Assembly (NCBI RefSeq): GCF_964204645.1
Contig: NC_134026.1
Location: 23,532,150-23,596,149 of the forward strand
DNA length: 64,000 nt
Source: Tubulanus polymorphus
Lineage: Eukaryota; Animalia; Nemertea
Reading direction: 5' to 3'
Shown here: positions 26,301 to 40,495 of the stretch, in pieces
Numbering within the stretch: the first letter of the stretch is position 1
Layout of the letters: each line of letters starts with the position of its first letter
Program-made: the position numbers and the translations under genes
Notes under the pieces: model-generated
The model's database searches: none
What the model was told of the DNA's origin: nothing
The model's input: the letters and a program-made list of their open reading frames with translations, nothing else

Positions 26301-29300
26301 TTAATATATCCTCGTTTCTGGCTTGTATTTACATTGGCCAGCAGGATTGACCATTGCCATAGTCGGTGGATAACTCCTGCGCTGTTGATTGTCAGGAGAG
26401 CTGATGAGAATGAATCGATTGCTCAGTTCATGACGATTGATAAAGTCGTAGCGTGTTGAAATGAAGTTATCGTAAGTTCTGACGTCGCGATTTAACCTGT
26501 TGATAGCTATGACATATGATATATCCTGAAGTTAAATAAGCTACACCCGCCCACAATCTATACCACATCCCTGCAAGTTTTATGAACGAATAAATGAAAT
26601 ATGAAATGTTCTCTCTGTACGGAAGACCCTTTTGTTAGTGAAATCAGGGAGGTGCTGGAAGTTAGGAGGCAGAAGCCGGTATTGACTTTGTGACTCTGGG
26701 TGGTTTTAGTTGTATTCTATATTCGGCTGACATTCCTCTGGCAGCAGTGCGAGTTATACAATCAATCAATCATTTTTCTTATCATCATTGTAGTATTTAT
26801 CCTATAGAGATCGTTTGGGTGGTCATTCATCATGATCAGTAAAAATTGAACAATAAGCGCTTCTCTCGAATGGTGTAATTTGTTACCTCATTTGTGGCCT
26901 GTGGCTATGTGTTTGGGTTAGTTTATAGTCAGTCAGTCAGTACTGTTCGGGTATAAGCTGCGTTCACACTAGGATTTCAGTACGGTACTAAGCGTTCACA
27001 CTAGGAAATTATTTGAGGCCTTTTCGCGGCTCATTCAGTTCCGTACTGAAATACGTGGCTTATTAAGCACAGAATGCGATTCCGCGCCGAAAACCCTCAG
27101 TATGGCACAGAGCTGGCCATGACATGTCCATTACTAAATGGTTTTATAGATGAATACATGGTAGTGAAAACCACAAAACCCAATTGATATGCTGTGTCTA
27201 TTCTATGTTGTCTGGAATTTTTATCAGGTGTTTCTTTGGTGTATTTAATCTAGATTATTAGCCAGCTTTGGCTTCTCGCAGCTAAGTAGTATTGATCTAT
27301 ACTTCTCTTACTATCAAATCCACCTTATAGCATAAATACAACATAACCACATGTTGCCCGTGCCTGTTCTCAATATCGGTGTGTTGCTGGTTTGCGATTG
27401 ATTTTCTGTCGGATTGGTCATTACTCGTGCAGAATTGACCGCGCCCTGGTAACATTATTAATACTGTTTCATCCTGTTCTTTGATTAAATCGTACATTAT
27501 TGCAATATTTTATGAAATGGATGAGTAAATTGCCGAAGATGTAGATATTACACTCTGCATCTGATATGCCATAAGAAACTAGTACAAGAGTTTTGTGGCA
27601 AGTACTGAAATAACTATTGCCATGACAACTGGCTTTATAGCGAAGCACTGTGTGAAACTGATATATCCTTCGGAAGCTTTTGGCATAATCGTCTATACAC
27701 AGAAAACTAAGAAAGACAAGAAAAGCTTTGCCCAATCATCCCTCATCTTAAACACAGATTTCTGTAGGACGTGTACTACTTAAAGGATCCATTTATTTAT
27801 GGCCAGCAGGTCTGTTATGTTAGTTTTATGAGTACATAACTCATTAACTTAAATTGTGAAGAATCTGCCATTGAACAAAGCCAAAATTACCTTTATCAAG
27901 AAGAAATTGGTGGCTCGAAGTCTTGTTTCGGGATATATCAGCATTAGCAAGGAACGCTTGTGGCAAACTGGGTTATTATGATCGTGTATTGATCACACGC
28001 GGTGTTGAAGAAAATTCATGTTTTCATCCATTGATTTATGACAGATTGTTGGCAGTAACGCGCACGATTAACCGATCTAAACTTTCATGGAAATAATCTT
28101 CATCACACGTTCCGATACATGCTCAAAGAAACTGCGGGGTATCGTTTATATGGCCACGGTTGATCGTCCTTGAGGACTCCCCGCGATTTAATGAGGTTGA
28201 TCAGTATTAGATGGTGGGTTGTTAACGGTTGTGATCTCCCCGATGTAGAGTTCATGGCATATAGCGTCGCCAATACTGCTATGATCTACTGATGTATGAT
28301 AGCTAATGCCGTTTTAATTATCATGTAATACGCAATGTCTAGGTTAAAATCCTGTCGGGGCAAACTTTTAATTATGTATATTATAGGAACAGAATATTAT
28401 TTTCAGTTGAGTTTCAGCCACCTTTAGCATACCGTTCATGTTTTGTGGTATTTTATCTTTTCAGATAAAAAAATATGAAAAACTAGAAACCGATGAAGAA
28501 AAGATAAAATGCGGACGGGAAACGTATGACAAATTTATCATGAGAGAACTATTATCACAATCACATGTAAGCCAATAGTAATTCATCATCATTCTATACA
28601 TTTGAGTACATTAGCAATCTGTTTGTGATTGCACTAAAACAAAATATGAACATTACGCATACTGTTTATATATGGCAGGTATCATCATTGCGAATGTCAT
28701 CAATTTTCTAAAGCTCTGACGTACTATCGAAGTTTGTAGAAATGTCATTAAATTTGTATATGCAAATAAACAGAAATTAGCGCTTTACGATGATCAGAAT
28801 TAATTGTCGCGCACAGTTTTCGATACTGATTATGTATACATGGTTTTTCGCCGGAGGTGTTATAGATTCTGTCTGGCATGACTGAATTTAGATCCATATA
28901 ACCACGGATAGAGTGAAAGAATCGACATTCTGAAGAATCAATTAGCAGAAATCGGTCGCGTAGCATCATTATAATCCTATTATTCATGAAATAAGATTGA
29001 CTGCAGAGAAAGTGAACCCATTAACCCATAAGTCAATCGATTAGGAGTATTGATAAATCTTTACCCATAAATACACTTTTCAATTTTCCGACTGGCAATA
29101 ACGTAACTTGTTTTCACTAAGAACAATGCTACTTAGAAATGATTTAGTATTTCACCAATTTTGATAAAACTATTTGCTTTATATTGTAGACTTACTCCAA
29201 AGAAGCTGTAGATAAAGTCCAAGATGCATTAACGGCTGCTACAAAAACTAAAACAATACCAGCAGATTTGTTTGAGGTACGTCAATTAGCACAAATTCGC

Positions 29301-32300
29301 AAAAACCTAAAATGGCTTGGTTTTTTGATCGTGTGGAAAAAAGGTATTAGTCTGGCTTTACAAGGCAAGATTTGCCCAGATGAAGATAACAACATGATCC
29401 TTGGTTATGCCACAACTGATCAGTTGGTAATTTAAATTGTGCATCTGTTTTGATTAAAGACCCGATGAACGGAAAATTAATCCATATCATGAGAAGTGGA
29501 TAGCATTTCTGACTGAGTCAGTTGTTGCACGCCATCATTTTTAAATCAGTTCGGGTATCACGACAACTAGCGTGTGTTTTGTCGTTTCCAATCCAGTGTC
29601 TGTATACCCATAAATTAACAGTTTTTTGTCACATCTCTGTGCAGCTTAAGTAAGTTGGGATGCCCGCTTTGCCCATTGTTTATCGATATACCATCGGAGC
29701 GATAGTGCTCTTGCTAAATTCTATGGAAATATCTCATAGGCCTAACTAAACCGTACATAATGCAGTTATTTCATTGATATATTGATCTAATACATAACTT
29801 ACTCCATTCAAATTTTTACCAATATTGTTTGATAACAGGAATTGCTTGTAGTGCAATCTAGTTGAAAAAAGTCATTCCCATTCATATGTTTACCGGTTAT
29901 TTGAATTTTGCAATCTTCTAAGAAACATAAATGCTCAACGTGGCTATCTGTTCAATCTCTACTATAGTATACAATATATATACGTACAAATTTCATTAAT
30001 GTCGTGAAATGCTCGATCTCGCTGGCCATTGGGACTAGTTTATGTAATGGTTGTCCGTAATATGGTAATAGCGTGACACAATCAGGCGACCAATGTTACA
30101 CAGAGATGAAAATTAGGCGAAAATTGTGCTCTAAGGCTTTCAGCGCGTGTTGTACAAAGAATCACTATAAAATCTATACTTATGAAGTCTACTGTGTCGA
30201 AAGCATATTCACTAGAATACGATATATCCACATTATTTGGGTAGCGATAATCGCGCTTGCATTTCGATAAAGACATGTTGTATCAGTTCATCGGGATTTG
30301 TGGATTTTATTCTTATCATCATCTGTATCCCTACAGTTATCCTTCAGTCACCATACAGCCAATTCCCACAGAAAAATTCATTTGTGCATGTACTACATAT
30401 GCACAATAATAGTATTGAATTTACTTCAATTATATATTCGGTACTCTTTTAAATCATTTCAGCCATATATCGAAGAAATCAAAAATTCATTAAGGGGCCA
30501 TATATTTGAAAAATGGTTAGATAGGTAAGTGGTTCGCACCATCGTGCCTTATCATTGATGAGCTTAATATAAGACATCCATCACCCTATTTCCCTTATGA
30601 GCAAGTTTGTCACTATGGTATGAAAGATCACCTCATAGAAGCATGCCTTTCCTATTTCTGAAAATAACATTTTCCTACCAGTTGTTTCCTATACTAGGAC
30701 CTACCGGTATACAATTCAAACTTTTGATATTTGCCATCTATTATGTCTGAGATTATAGCTCTATAAATATTTGACAAGAGTTGTGTCTCCACTAGTGTTG
30801 CTTAAGCTGCTATCAGGGTAGCTGTCTGACTGACATTAAAACACTAGATCAATAACATCATAACAACAGCGTTGTTGCTGCTGCTGATGTCACTGTCCAC
30901 TGTTATCTATGAAGAATAATTCTGTCATGATGAATGTGTGGACACCACTGAGTCAATTTCATCATGACTGAAATCATCATTTTCTTATCCACATTGCTGA
31001 ATTTCAATAACAATAGACCCCTTAATTCCTTATTTCCGTAGTCATTGTTGGAGGCATGAAATGTCAGAGTATCTCCCATAATATGTCCACGGATAATTTT
31101 TGAGAACATCACGATTTCACATTAAAACTGCTTTCATCAGGAAGTGTAATACTGTTCAGTTGGACCTTTTCCAGTGCATGAGTTAACAGTGTTCAAAATA
31201 AATAGTTTGTGATATCTGAAATTATCAATTGAAGATTATATTTGTCTCTTTCAGTGAGAAATACACAAGATTTTGTCAATGGAAAAATTTAGAACTTAAT
31301 ATCCAAGTAAGTTTTTCGTATTTCACTTTGGTATTTATCGACAGCTTGCCAATTGGTATTGATTTATTGTCAGTTTGATGATGTTTGCGTGCTCAATAGA
31401 TTCTCCCAGGAGCATTTCTAAGCGAGGTTACTAATCGGTGTATATCCTGAAAGTAAGTGACTACATGTCATCAGGGACGTCTACTCAGAGAAAGTGACAC
31501 TGGTGGAAATGAGTTCACCTCATCCTGTTGTATATTTGCAGATTCCTCTATCGTGTTGACTATCCGTCAGAGTCCATATCGTGCCATATACCTTTACTCA
31601 TCTCCCCCTTCCATTGCTCTTTACATGTGATTTTTTATTTTTTACTGAACAGTGATTTCTAATTTTTTACAGAACAGTTCTGTTCATAATTGTGAATTAC
31701 TCGTCTCAATTTCCAGTTAACCATGAATGACTTCAGTGTACATCGAATAATTGGTCGAGGTGGCTTTGGAGAGGTATACGGCTGTCGAAAAGCTGATACG
31801 GGCAAAATGTAAGCATACAACAACATTACATAACACTTTGAAGAAAATTTTGTAACTCTTTGAGTAGTGAGAAGAACAACTAGGCGAAAATTTTGGAAAT
31901 GTTTTTTTCTTCATTACTTGACAGCAATATTGTATACATTCGTATGATTTAAAAGATTCTGTATGAAGAGATTTTACACCTTATTCGGTTTCTGAATTGC
32001 GTGCGTACGAGCTGAAGTTTACCGTTAGAAAACATCACCTGTGGCAACGCTCCTTCTGAATTACCATTTTTAGCAATCGGAATTGCATGGCATTTGAGCA
32101 CCCGATGGGAACGTCGAATCATTAAACTGAAAATAGCTCACTTGAGAAAGCCAAGTTAAATTAACAAATGCGTTGTCAGAAATTGAAGTAGGGACTAGAC
32201 GATTCACACCTCGATCTGTAATCGAATTAATGCGCTGGCGTTGATGAATTGCGTTTTGTCGATTCGTAATTTTTTAGGTCTACATAAAGTCTTGCGTTGC

Positions 32301-35300
32301 AGATGGGAATAATCAGTAGTACTTTGTTTTTGATGCTGTGTCAGTCGTAGTTAATCGAATTATTCATTTCTACATATACAGTTATCTGAAGAAAAAAGCT
32401 TGAAATTGACATTTTTATTTCGGCTCATTATAATGCAGTAGTTTATCATTGATTGCTTTGTGTTAATCGGATGAACATAAGATGTTGCCATTTACAATCA
32501 CGGCATTATATCTCGATAGGAAGCAAAAAATGTCATAATTACACCATAGAATGTAGATTAATTATGAATGATAATACAGGTGTGGTTACAAATTACTTAT
32601 AACTCATGAAGATCTATTCAACCAGCTACATTCCATACGCTGAATACAGGATTGAATTGATCATTTGTGGATGAGATACATGTGAAGAAATGTGAAAAAC
32701 GCGAATATTTCTGGAAAGAAATTTTTGTGTGAAAAATGTGAAAATTTCTGCAAAGATATTTTCAAAAAATGAAGAAATCACGATAGATATATGTTCTTTT
32801 TTGTAAAATTTAGTGTGAAAAATTCTGTTTTTTCATATGCCAAAATATGAAAAAGTCCTGTTTTGTTTGGTATAAAGAAATACGAAAAAAAAGTTGAAAA
32901 AATGTGAAAATTTCAGAATCTTGCATCTCATTCCTTTTTTTTTTCAGGTATGCAATGAAATGTTTAGACAAGAAGCGAATTAAAATGAAAGGCGGTGAAA
33001 CGTTAGCATTGAATGAAAGGATAATGCTGTCATTAGTCAGTACAGGAGTGAGTATCTGAGAGAAAAATCTCAACAAAAAATCTTTTGCAAATCTTATAAG
33101 AACTGAGCGTGACGTCACCATGTCTTGAACAGATACCTTCTGAAGATCGGCGACATCAATTATTCAAGTTTTCTTTTATGGGTCAAGTGTGACTGGATTC
33201 AGAATAAGTTTATTTGCTAATATTCTATGCACAACTGCTGATCGGGCTCCTAGTCATCTTTCTGCAGCGGATGTTGACATAGAATATGATAGATAGCCAT
33301 ATTTAGTGTCAAAACATGGGAGGTAATTAGTAATTATTTTCTTGAAAAGTTCATTCTGTGACATTTACCATTGTAGGAAGGAAGCCCATTTATAGTGTGT
33401 ATGACTTATGCATTTCAAACACCAGAAAAACTGTGTTTCATCTTGGATTTAATGAATGGTGGTGATTTACACTATCATTTATCACAACATGGAGTATTCT
33501 CTGAGAAAGAAGTGCGATTTTATGCTGCTGAAGTCATTCTCGGACTGGAGCACATGCACAATAGATTTGTAGTATATAGAGATTTAAAGGTAAGCCGATT
33601 ATGGATTGATGGTAAACTTTAATTTTCTTGGTAACCGTAACATTATCCTCTAGATAAGTAGGTGTACCCTACTCACACAAAAACCCAGTATTTAAACCAC
33701 ATTAGCATCGACAATTTGATCTCACCAATCAATCAAAAAAGCACCCAGCGCATTTAGGATTACATTTGAGAATTTGCTCATTCTTACTTAGAATTTGCTC
33801 TACCTTTACACAGGATAGGAATCGTTAGGTAAAACGTCTCGTGAGAATAAAATGATATGCTCACAGTTAAATTTAAAAGCGAATTGATGAGTAATTACTA
33901 CTGTCAAGTGTATCTCCCTATTGAACGGAAAATTAGCCATGTTTCCACCCTTTCGTGAATTATTCTTTGATCACCTGTACGCAAAAGGCGATAAAAACAA
34001 GAGCAAAAATCACCACGAAGCACGAACAGTATGAGTCAATTCATTGTGATACCGCGGCATGTTGATTTGGGATGTGAGCGTATCTTATTTACAAAAGCCA
34101 CTGGGAATAGATTTTCAACTAATAGTAATGCACTTATTTTCTATAGAAATTTCAATGATATCTATGATACATTGATATTTGTTTGATACATTTGTGATAA
34201 CCCAACTTACCTATGCAGAAGTTAGAACTACATGGACTGAGATATCGAAGATAGACTGGATGAAATGTCAATATAATTATTGGGGGATTATTCATGCTTG
34301 CATCATTTCATAACTCATTTGATTTCGAAATATGAAATCATTACTTAAATTCCTTTGATGTTTTGAATCGATATTTGTCCATTGTATTTGTTTGAAACGT
34401 GCTGGTTTAGTTATATTAACTTGTAATCATTGATCAAGACCGTCACTACTTTGCTTTCAGCCTGCAAATATATTATTGGATGAAAATGGTCACGTGAGAA
34501 TATCTGACCTCGGTTTGGCCTGTGATTTCTCCAAGAAAAAACCACATGCAAGCGTGTATGTATATTCAAGTATTATTATATATACTCAAAATCATCTGCA
34601 TATAAGAAGTACCTGTTAGGTTATTTGGGTTCTGTCTGAAGAGATTATGTTTTATTGCATCATCATGTCCTGTGAAGCATTGCAACTGATATTTCTCTCA
34701 TACATAATCTGTACTCTCTGATTCACGTACAGGGCAACACCCTCTACATATTCTCTCCAAAGGGTATTGAATTAATAGCGTTCGTTCTAGTCTTGAAAAT
34801 CCTGGAAAAGTTATGGAAATTAGTTATTATTTTATCAAAGCTTGGAACAGTCATGAAGTTTTAGACGCTATCAAAAAGCTATGGAATTTTAGAAATTTAG
34901 TTTAGATAATATATTCTTGGGGTTTTAGTACTGTAGAACTAGGATTCATTTCTATTAACTTTCAATTCTGATTTTGCGACTATAAGTTTATAGCTCATTT
35001 AATAGCTATGGAAATTTGGATATTTGACCCTGGGCAAGGTATTGAAAATCATAGCGAATAGTACAAACCCTGAATTAAGTTTTTATAGCTCTACACAGTG
35101 ACCAATGTATCTCCTTATAAAAAAATCATTGCTTTTTAAAAAAAATGTATTTCAGTGGAACTCATGGATATATGGCCCCGGAGGTTCTGTCTAAAGGTAC
35201 AGCTTACGATTCAAGTGCAGATTGGTTTTCGTTTGGATGCATGTTGTACAAATTATTGAAAGGGTATGTACTGGTCAAGTGATTATCTACGAATCATACG

Positions 35301-36828
35301 TAATTCAATCATACTTGGGTAACACTGCAGTGTTGGAGGAAATTTCTTCCTTGCAGTTGATTATAAGCATTCTTTTTCAAATTATACTTGACTATGTAAA
35401 TGACTAGCCAGTTATACCTGAATTCATTAAAATGTTCAGAGTTATTTCGATCATGATGTTTAATCCTTAGGTTAATAAGGTCCAACAACTTAGAATTTCA
35501 TTTTGAGCTCGGTGTTTGATCCGCGTGCGCAAAATGCTTAATTCGCTTTCCAGATTTTTAAAACTATCATCAATTCACTCTATGAAAGTGCGTGAAAATC
35601 AATAGAGTTGATAAAATTAATGAAGCAATTACATTAAAGCTTGTTGTCTTAGTGCATTCTTACATGTATAACAAGACAGTCACACTCCTTGTTAAGTACC
35701 AGTTTTTTATTATAGATAATGTGAGTGGCCAGGCTAAGTCATGAAAAGATTTTAAGAGAATTACTTCTAAACGTTGATAGACCATTAGCTGAAGTGGATG
35801 CTACGGGCCTAAATAACTAAAAATGATCTGGTGTTACATGTATAACATCGTACATGTACATCTATAACATTAGAGGTTTATATTGTCTTTTAGTCACAGT
35901 CCATTTCGACAGCATAAGACAAAAGATAAACATGAAATTGATCGGATGACAATGACTATGGTGAGTGCTAAATAGAATAGAGCGATCTGTGTCAAAAATG
36001 CTGCGTCAGTTTCGGAAGCTGGGATAATGCATGAACTAAAAAAGCTGATGGCTTTCGTATGCGAATGTCTACTCATGGAATGGGCTAGGCAGGGTGAACA
36101 GGCTAATCATTGCTGTAACCTTTAACTTCGATCACTTGAATGTGATCGGCCGGTCTAACGAAATAACTCACGTGTGTGTGTGATAGTAACAAACAGTCCT
36201 CATACTGTTTGACTGAATTTACTCCTTCACACTCAAACTCATCATTCTTCATATTCGCTTTGAACACGTGTTTGAAAATTTTATGGCGTAGAAATTACCT
36301 ATGATCAATGAACTTTTCTGCGCTGACGATCATTAGACGTAAATGATCAAGGTTCAGATAGGGATTGCGGAGCTACTTTGTAAGTTTGTCATCACTTCTG
36401 AGCTTTAATGAGTTGAATGTTCTGTTTGAGATCTGGTAGATCACTAATGACAATTTAAACGAAGCACTCATTTGAATATTGGAATTTCACTCATTAATTG
36501 TATATAGTATCAATTGGTGTGAAAGTGCGTTAATTTATGCAACATGTTGAACACATTATTGGAACTAGCAGTTCTTGTTTCAAAGCTTATCTAGTATCTT
36601 CTTATCAAATTTTCTAGAAATATCTATTTATCGCCTCTAGCTCGTGTATGTATGTCTTCACATCTTTGGGAATGAATGCAATTTAAAGCACAAATTTTTC
36701 CTCCAGTCATTTTTGAGATGCATAGGAAGGATTTTGATGAATTTTTTTCTTCATTTTATTTCTGAAATTTAGGACATTGGTCAGGTAGGTATAAGTAACA
36801 TCATTATCATCATGCGAGTACTACTACA

Positions 36829-36877
<49 letters not shown>

Positions 36878-39800
36878 TAACTACTACCAGCTTTGCCTCT
36901 GTCGTAATCTGACCTTGTGATTAGGTTTTAGAGATGAATGACATCTGTTTGTCCAATGTGTACAGTTTCAATATATTCATTCTTGTTTGCGCAGGCTGTT
37001 TTCCAAGCCATGGACGAAAAAAATACTCTCTCCATCTGTCTAATTCTCTATCTTTCATTTCTCGATGTGTCTACATCCAGTTATATCTTGACTGGAAGAT
37101 TAGTGGAGCAGCACTTTGACACTAGCTGAGATTGATCAACTCGCTAGAAACATTTTTACCATAAATTGTAGAAAAAAATGAAGTTGGCATTCGCGCAAAA
37201 TATCCTATTAGACAATGTTTTGCTCAGACTTCTAGATTATGGTAGCTGCATTTATAGCGGGATATGTTTTGTAGATACTGAATTGCCAGTCTGACTCGAG
37301 AGAAAAAGAACTATTCATCAAATAGTTTAGAATGACTTTCGCGTAAAGGAATTAGAACACTGCATGGCGAACAAGAATGATATATTATAACTATATTCAA
37401 AATCGTGATAAATGTGTTTGCTTGTTATAACCCTTCGATTTGGAGTTTATTTTGTGAACCCATTGGCAGCAACAGTATTGGTATTTCCCAGCAACAACAT
37501 CCACAGCAATAAGACATGTACACGATGACAACACCGCAGTGATGTTGTACCGTATATATTAGAAATTTTATTTCAGTCCAGGCTATACTGCAGTATCTAC
37601 AAGACTGGTTGCATAAAGACCAAACATTAAGAACCCAAAATTGACTTTCTTTAGGAGTAAACATCAGCTCGGTCTGGCATGGCTGGTATTTTGCACCCGT
37701 TTCTTGTTAACTGGAGTTAGCCTACCGGTATCTTCTAGACATATTTAACCCTTTGAGGGGTCAGTGGTTAATCTTACCATACAGGCTTGTAAAGAATTTC
37801 AGCATTTTACTTTGTTCCTTCAAAGGGTTAATATCATGTATTGCCTGGCATTTTTTGTTCATTTATTATTTTTCATTTGAATAGATAACGTATGTGTAAG
37901 CAGTAAAAAAAAGTCTTGAATTTCAGCTTTTTCATCGATATTACCTGACGGTCAACCCTTATTTCAAGTTCATTTACCATTTTTCTACTCACTGTACCAG
38001 TACATAAATCATTAAGAAATGATGATATGCAAAAATAGGGCAAAGACTATATTCGAAATGAACAAATGTTGACTATTTGTGAGAGAGTGACAAAATGTTA
38101 CCATCATCATGTTGTTATTGTAATGTGATGTATCAGTATTAAAAGCAGCATTATTTTGATATCCGAATATTAGCTTTTGATATGTAGATACCGATACACT
38201 AACGCACATACACACTTAATGAAATCATTCACATTTCATGTGCAAAACTTCCGTTGGAGGCAAAGAAAATTCTGTCGCAATGTACCATGCCTTGAAGGTA
38301 TTGCGTCAAAACTACCGGTACCATTTATACTATTTCAGTAATAATTGCTGCTTTGATATTCGTGGTTGCATTCGATCTTGATTTTCCCTCTAAAAAATCT
38401 TTACCTGCCTCTCACTTAGATGTACGTCCCCTCAAGTAAAGCATGGTATTTTGCAATAGATTTTATAATAACAAACCGGTCATTAGGACGATTTTGGCAT
38501 GTGTGTATGTGTGTTTTTGAGTGCGTTTTATTTATGGGATTTATTTTGCAATTTTTTCTTATGACGGCTTTCCTGACTATGTTGTACATGCATGAACAGC
38601 AGTCAATATGGTAGAATTTAGTGCTGGATTTGCTCCCATATCTTGGTAGTGATATTCTTCTGACATAATGTCTCAAGAGTGTCATGTTCACGGAGAACTT
38701 GTGATATCGATTGACACTTCATAACAAATGAAGATAATTTATGAATTTAATTTCAACATTTTTAACTGTAAGTTTGATCCAGCTCTGATGCGGCTGAATG
38801 GAATTATGTTGAATTAGATGACTTCTTCAAAATGAAATTCCTTTATTTCTGATCATTTTCATTTCGTTTCTCATTTATTTGAAGAACAATTGAATTGCAG
38901 TCTTGCTGAGTAGTAAAGCATTCTTTTTCAGCAACCCAAAATGACAGATATATAGATACTTTCTCTTCATTGTTCTTACCGTGATTAATACGAACTAGTG
39001 CATTTAGAAAGGTAATTTGACTGATTCGTTGTGAATGAATTTTGTAGAATGTTGAATTTCCTGATTCGATGTCACCGGAGATGAAGTCATTGTTAGAGCA
39101 GTTACTGAAACGAGATGTAGATGAACGTCTAGGATGCAGAGGACGAGGGTTTGTATATATGTTTATATATATTATTCTAGGGAATGGTTTTGTGGGCTGT
39201 GTATTAATAAATGAAAGTTTGTCTGCATATTCCATATTTTAATTGGTAATTTTAGTAGTTATCAATTCTCAGTGATTCGTATTATCAATTCTCAGTGAAT
39301 GTTAACTATAATGAATTCTGTGTTGTTCTATAAGTCGGTGTGCATTTCTTATATATGCAGGAGCCAAGAGGTGAAAGAGCACTCGTTCTTCAAGGGGATC
39401 GATTGGAATCAGGTATATCTGCAGAAATACATGCCGCCACTAATACCTCCTCGCGGTGAAGTGAATGCTGCAGATGCATTTGATATCGGCTCATTTGATG
39501 AGGAAGATACAAAGGGCATAAAAGTAAGCAAACAAAAAAACCATCTGATTCAACAATTATATGATAAAGCCGGTTTCAAATGGTAACTCTAGACTGTGGT
39601 GATATGGTTAAAAAATGTTCACTCTTTGTAGCTCACTGAATCAGATCAGGAATTATACAAGAACTTTCCATTGGTTGTATCGGAGCGCTGGCAGCAGGAG
39701 GTAGCTGAAACTGTATTCGAAGCGATAAATCAGGACACGGATAAAATCGAACAGAAACGCAAAGCGAAACCAAAAATAGATGACTTAGATGTCGGTAAGT

Positions 39801-40495
39801 TGATCAAAAATACTCTACAGTATCTAGTAATCCTCTTATATACTACATTCAAAAATTCTTATTTTCCGACAGGTCCAACAGATTGTATCGTGGAAGGTGA
39901 GGTGCTGAAACTCGGTGGTCCATTCTTGCAAACGTGGCAGAAGAAACACCTTAAATTATATCCAAATAGATTAGAATTCTATCACAAGAATAGAGATGGG
40001 CAAATAGTTCGCAGTAAAGGTGTTGAGGTACGTATCTTGTTTATAAAGATTTATGTTCAAAATATGATCATTTATGTCTAACATATCATGATCATTATGT
40101 TTTATAGCTGATCTCCATGCTGGATATCAAAGACATCTCACCAGAATTCCAAAAGCTCAATAAAACAGACAACTGTATTGTTCTAAATCTGAAAAATGAT
40201 ACAAAGATAGCTATCACCTCTCTAGTAAGTGAAGAAAACCATATGTAAAAGAGGATATTTCATTGCTAAAAACACTTGCTTAATGTTGATCATGTATATA
40301 TTTTAGGACCGTGTTTTAATAAATCAGTGGAAAGATGAAATAATGAATGGATTCAAACTATCCACGCAAATTATGGCAACTATGAACAAGAAAGCCAGTA
40401 AGATGTATGGTGCAGATCTGGTACATAATCCTGCCCTAAATCGCGAAATATATAGTAAACAACCTCTTGAACAGCGGAATAGTAATGGCAGTTAA
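11353..40495 (+). CDS. GRK2: G protein-coupled receptor kinase of the GRK2/3 (beta-ARK, Gprk1) subfamily: RH, kinase and PH domains
   Basis: 19 coding exons: 11353-11465, 11613-11689, 12133-12206, 28465-28566, 29190-29276, 30463-30524, 31255-31306, 31717-31808, 32948-33047, 33377-33589, 34461-34555, 35156-35263, 35894-35960, 39048-39148, 39361-39523, 39632-39794, 39873-40027, 40108-40224, 40307-40495 (TAA). Motifs: [100 protein letters not shown]; PH domain LYPNRLE...NQWKDEI. Confidence 0.98.
12588..12633. mobile_element. Minimal Tc1/pogo-like TIR-only element (46-bp hairpin)
   Basis: TA-CAGTCGACCCCCGATATACCG ccct CGGTATATCGGGGGTTCAGTG: 15-bp perfect stem, CAGT start after TA. Confidence 0.55.
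21487..22217. repeat. Three-unit tandem repeat (about 85-100 bp unit); the first unit is interrupted by a MITE
   Basis: The unit GCTAGAATACCTGTTTTATTTAGTCGA...CTAGTATCAGACCATCTTGAAG...GTTAGGCT begins at 21487, 22041 and 22125. Confidence 0.85.
21534..21988. mobile_element. 455-bp MITE, hAT-like termini, 5-bp target-site duplication
   Basis: Perfect 12-bp TIR CAGGGTTTCCAG / CTGGAAACCCTG; TAGAC on both flanks (21529-21533, 21989-21993); repeated subterminal GTCCTT motifs; neighbouring repeat units show the empty site. Confidence 0.85.
26956..27110. mobile_element. Possible Harbinger-like MITE fragment
   Basis: Starts AGCTGCGTTCACAC, resembling the TIRs at 3975 and 48451, with GCGTTCACACTAGGA duplicated. 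No clear second TIR. Confidence 0.3.
34776..35072. mobile_element. Degenerate hAT-like MITE
   Basis: Right end GTACAAACCCTG, degenerate left end TAGCGTTCGTTC, repeated internal AGTCATGGAA-like motifs. The left boundary is uncertain. Confidence 0.45.
36773..36784 (+). CDS. GRK2: Candidate 12-nt alternative microexon of GRK2 (DIGQ)
   Basis: atttttttcttcattttatttctgaaatttag|GACATTGGTCAG|gtaggt inside a phase-0 intron (35961-39047). Confidence 0.45.
36819..36887. repeat. (CTA)n microsatellite, imperfect
   Basis: Read directly from the sequence. Confidence 0.95.
37749..37827. mobile_element. 79-bp piggyBac-like MITE
   Basis: TTAA|CCCTTTGA ... TCAAAGGG|TTAA: TTAA target duplication and CCC/GGG termini. 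Confidence 0.55.

Noticed and set aside
32676-32920. TGTGAAAA-rich low-complexity tract, similar to 15140-15235
   Set aside because: Probably a decayed repeat; no termini or TSD could be defined.
36995-37129. Possible alternative or mutually exclusive GRK2 exon after tttgcgcag
   Set aside because: No suitable donor and no similarity to exon 39048-39148; it runs into a stop.
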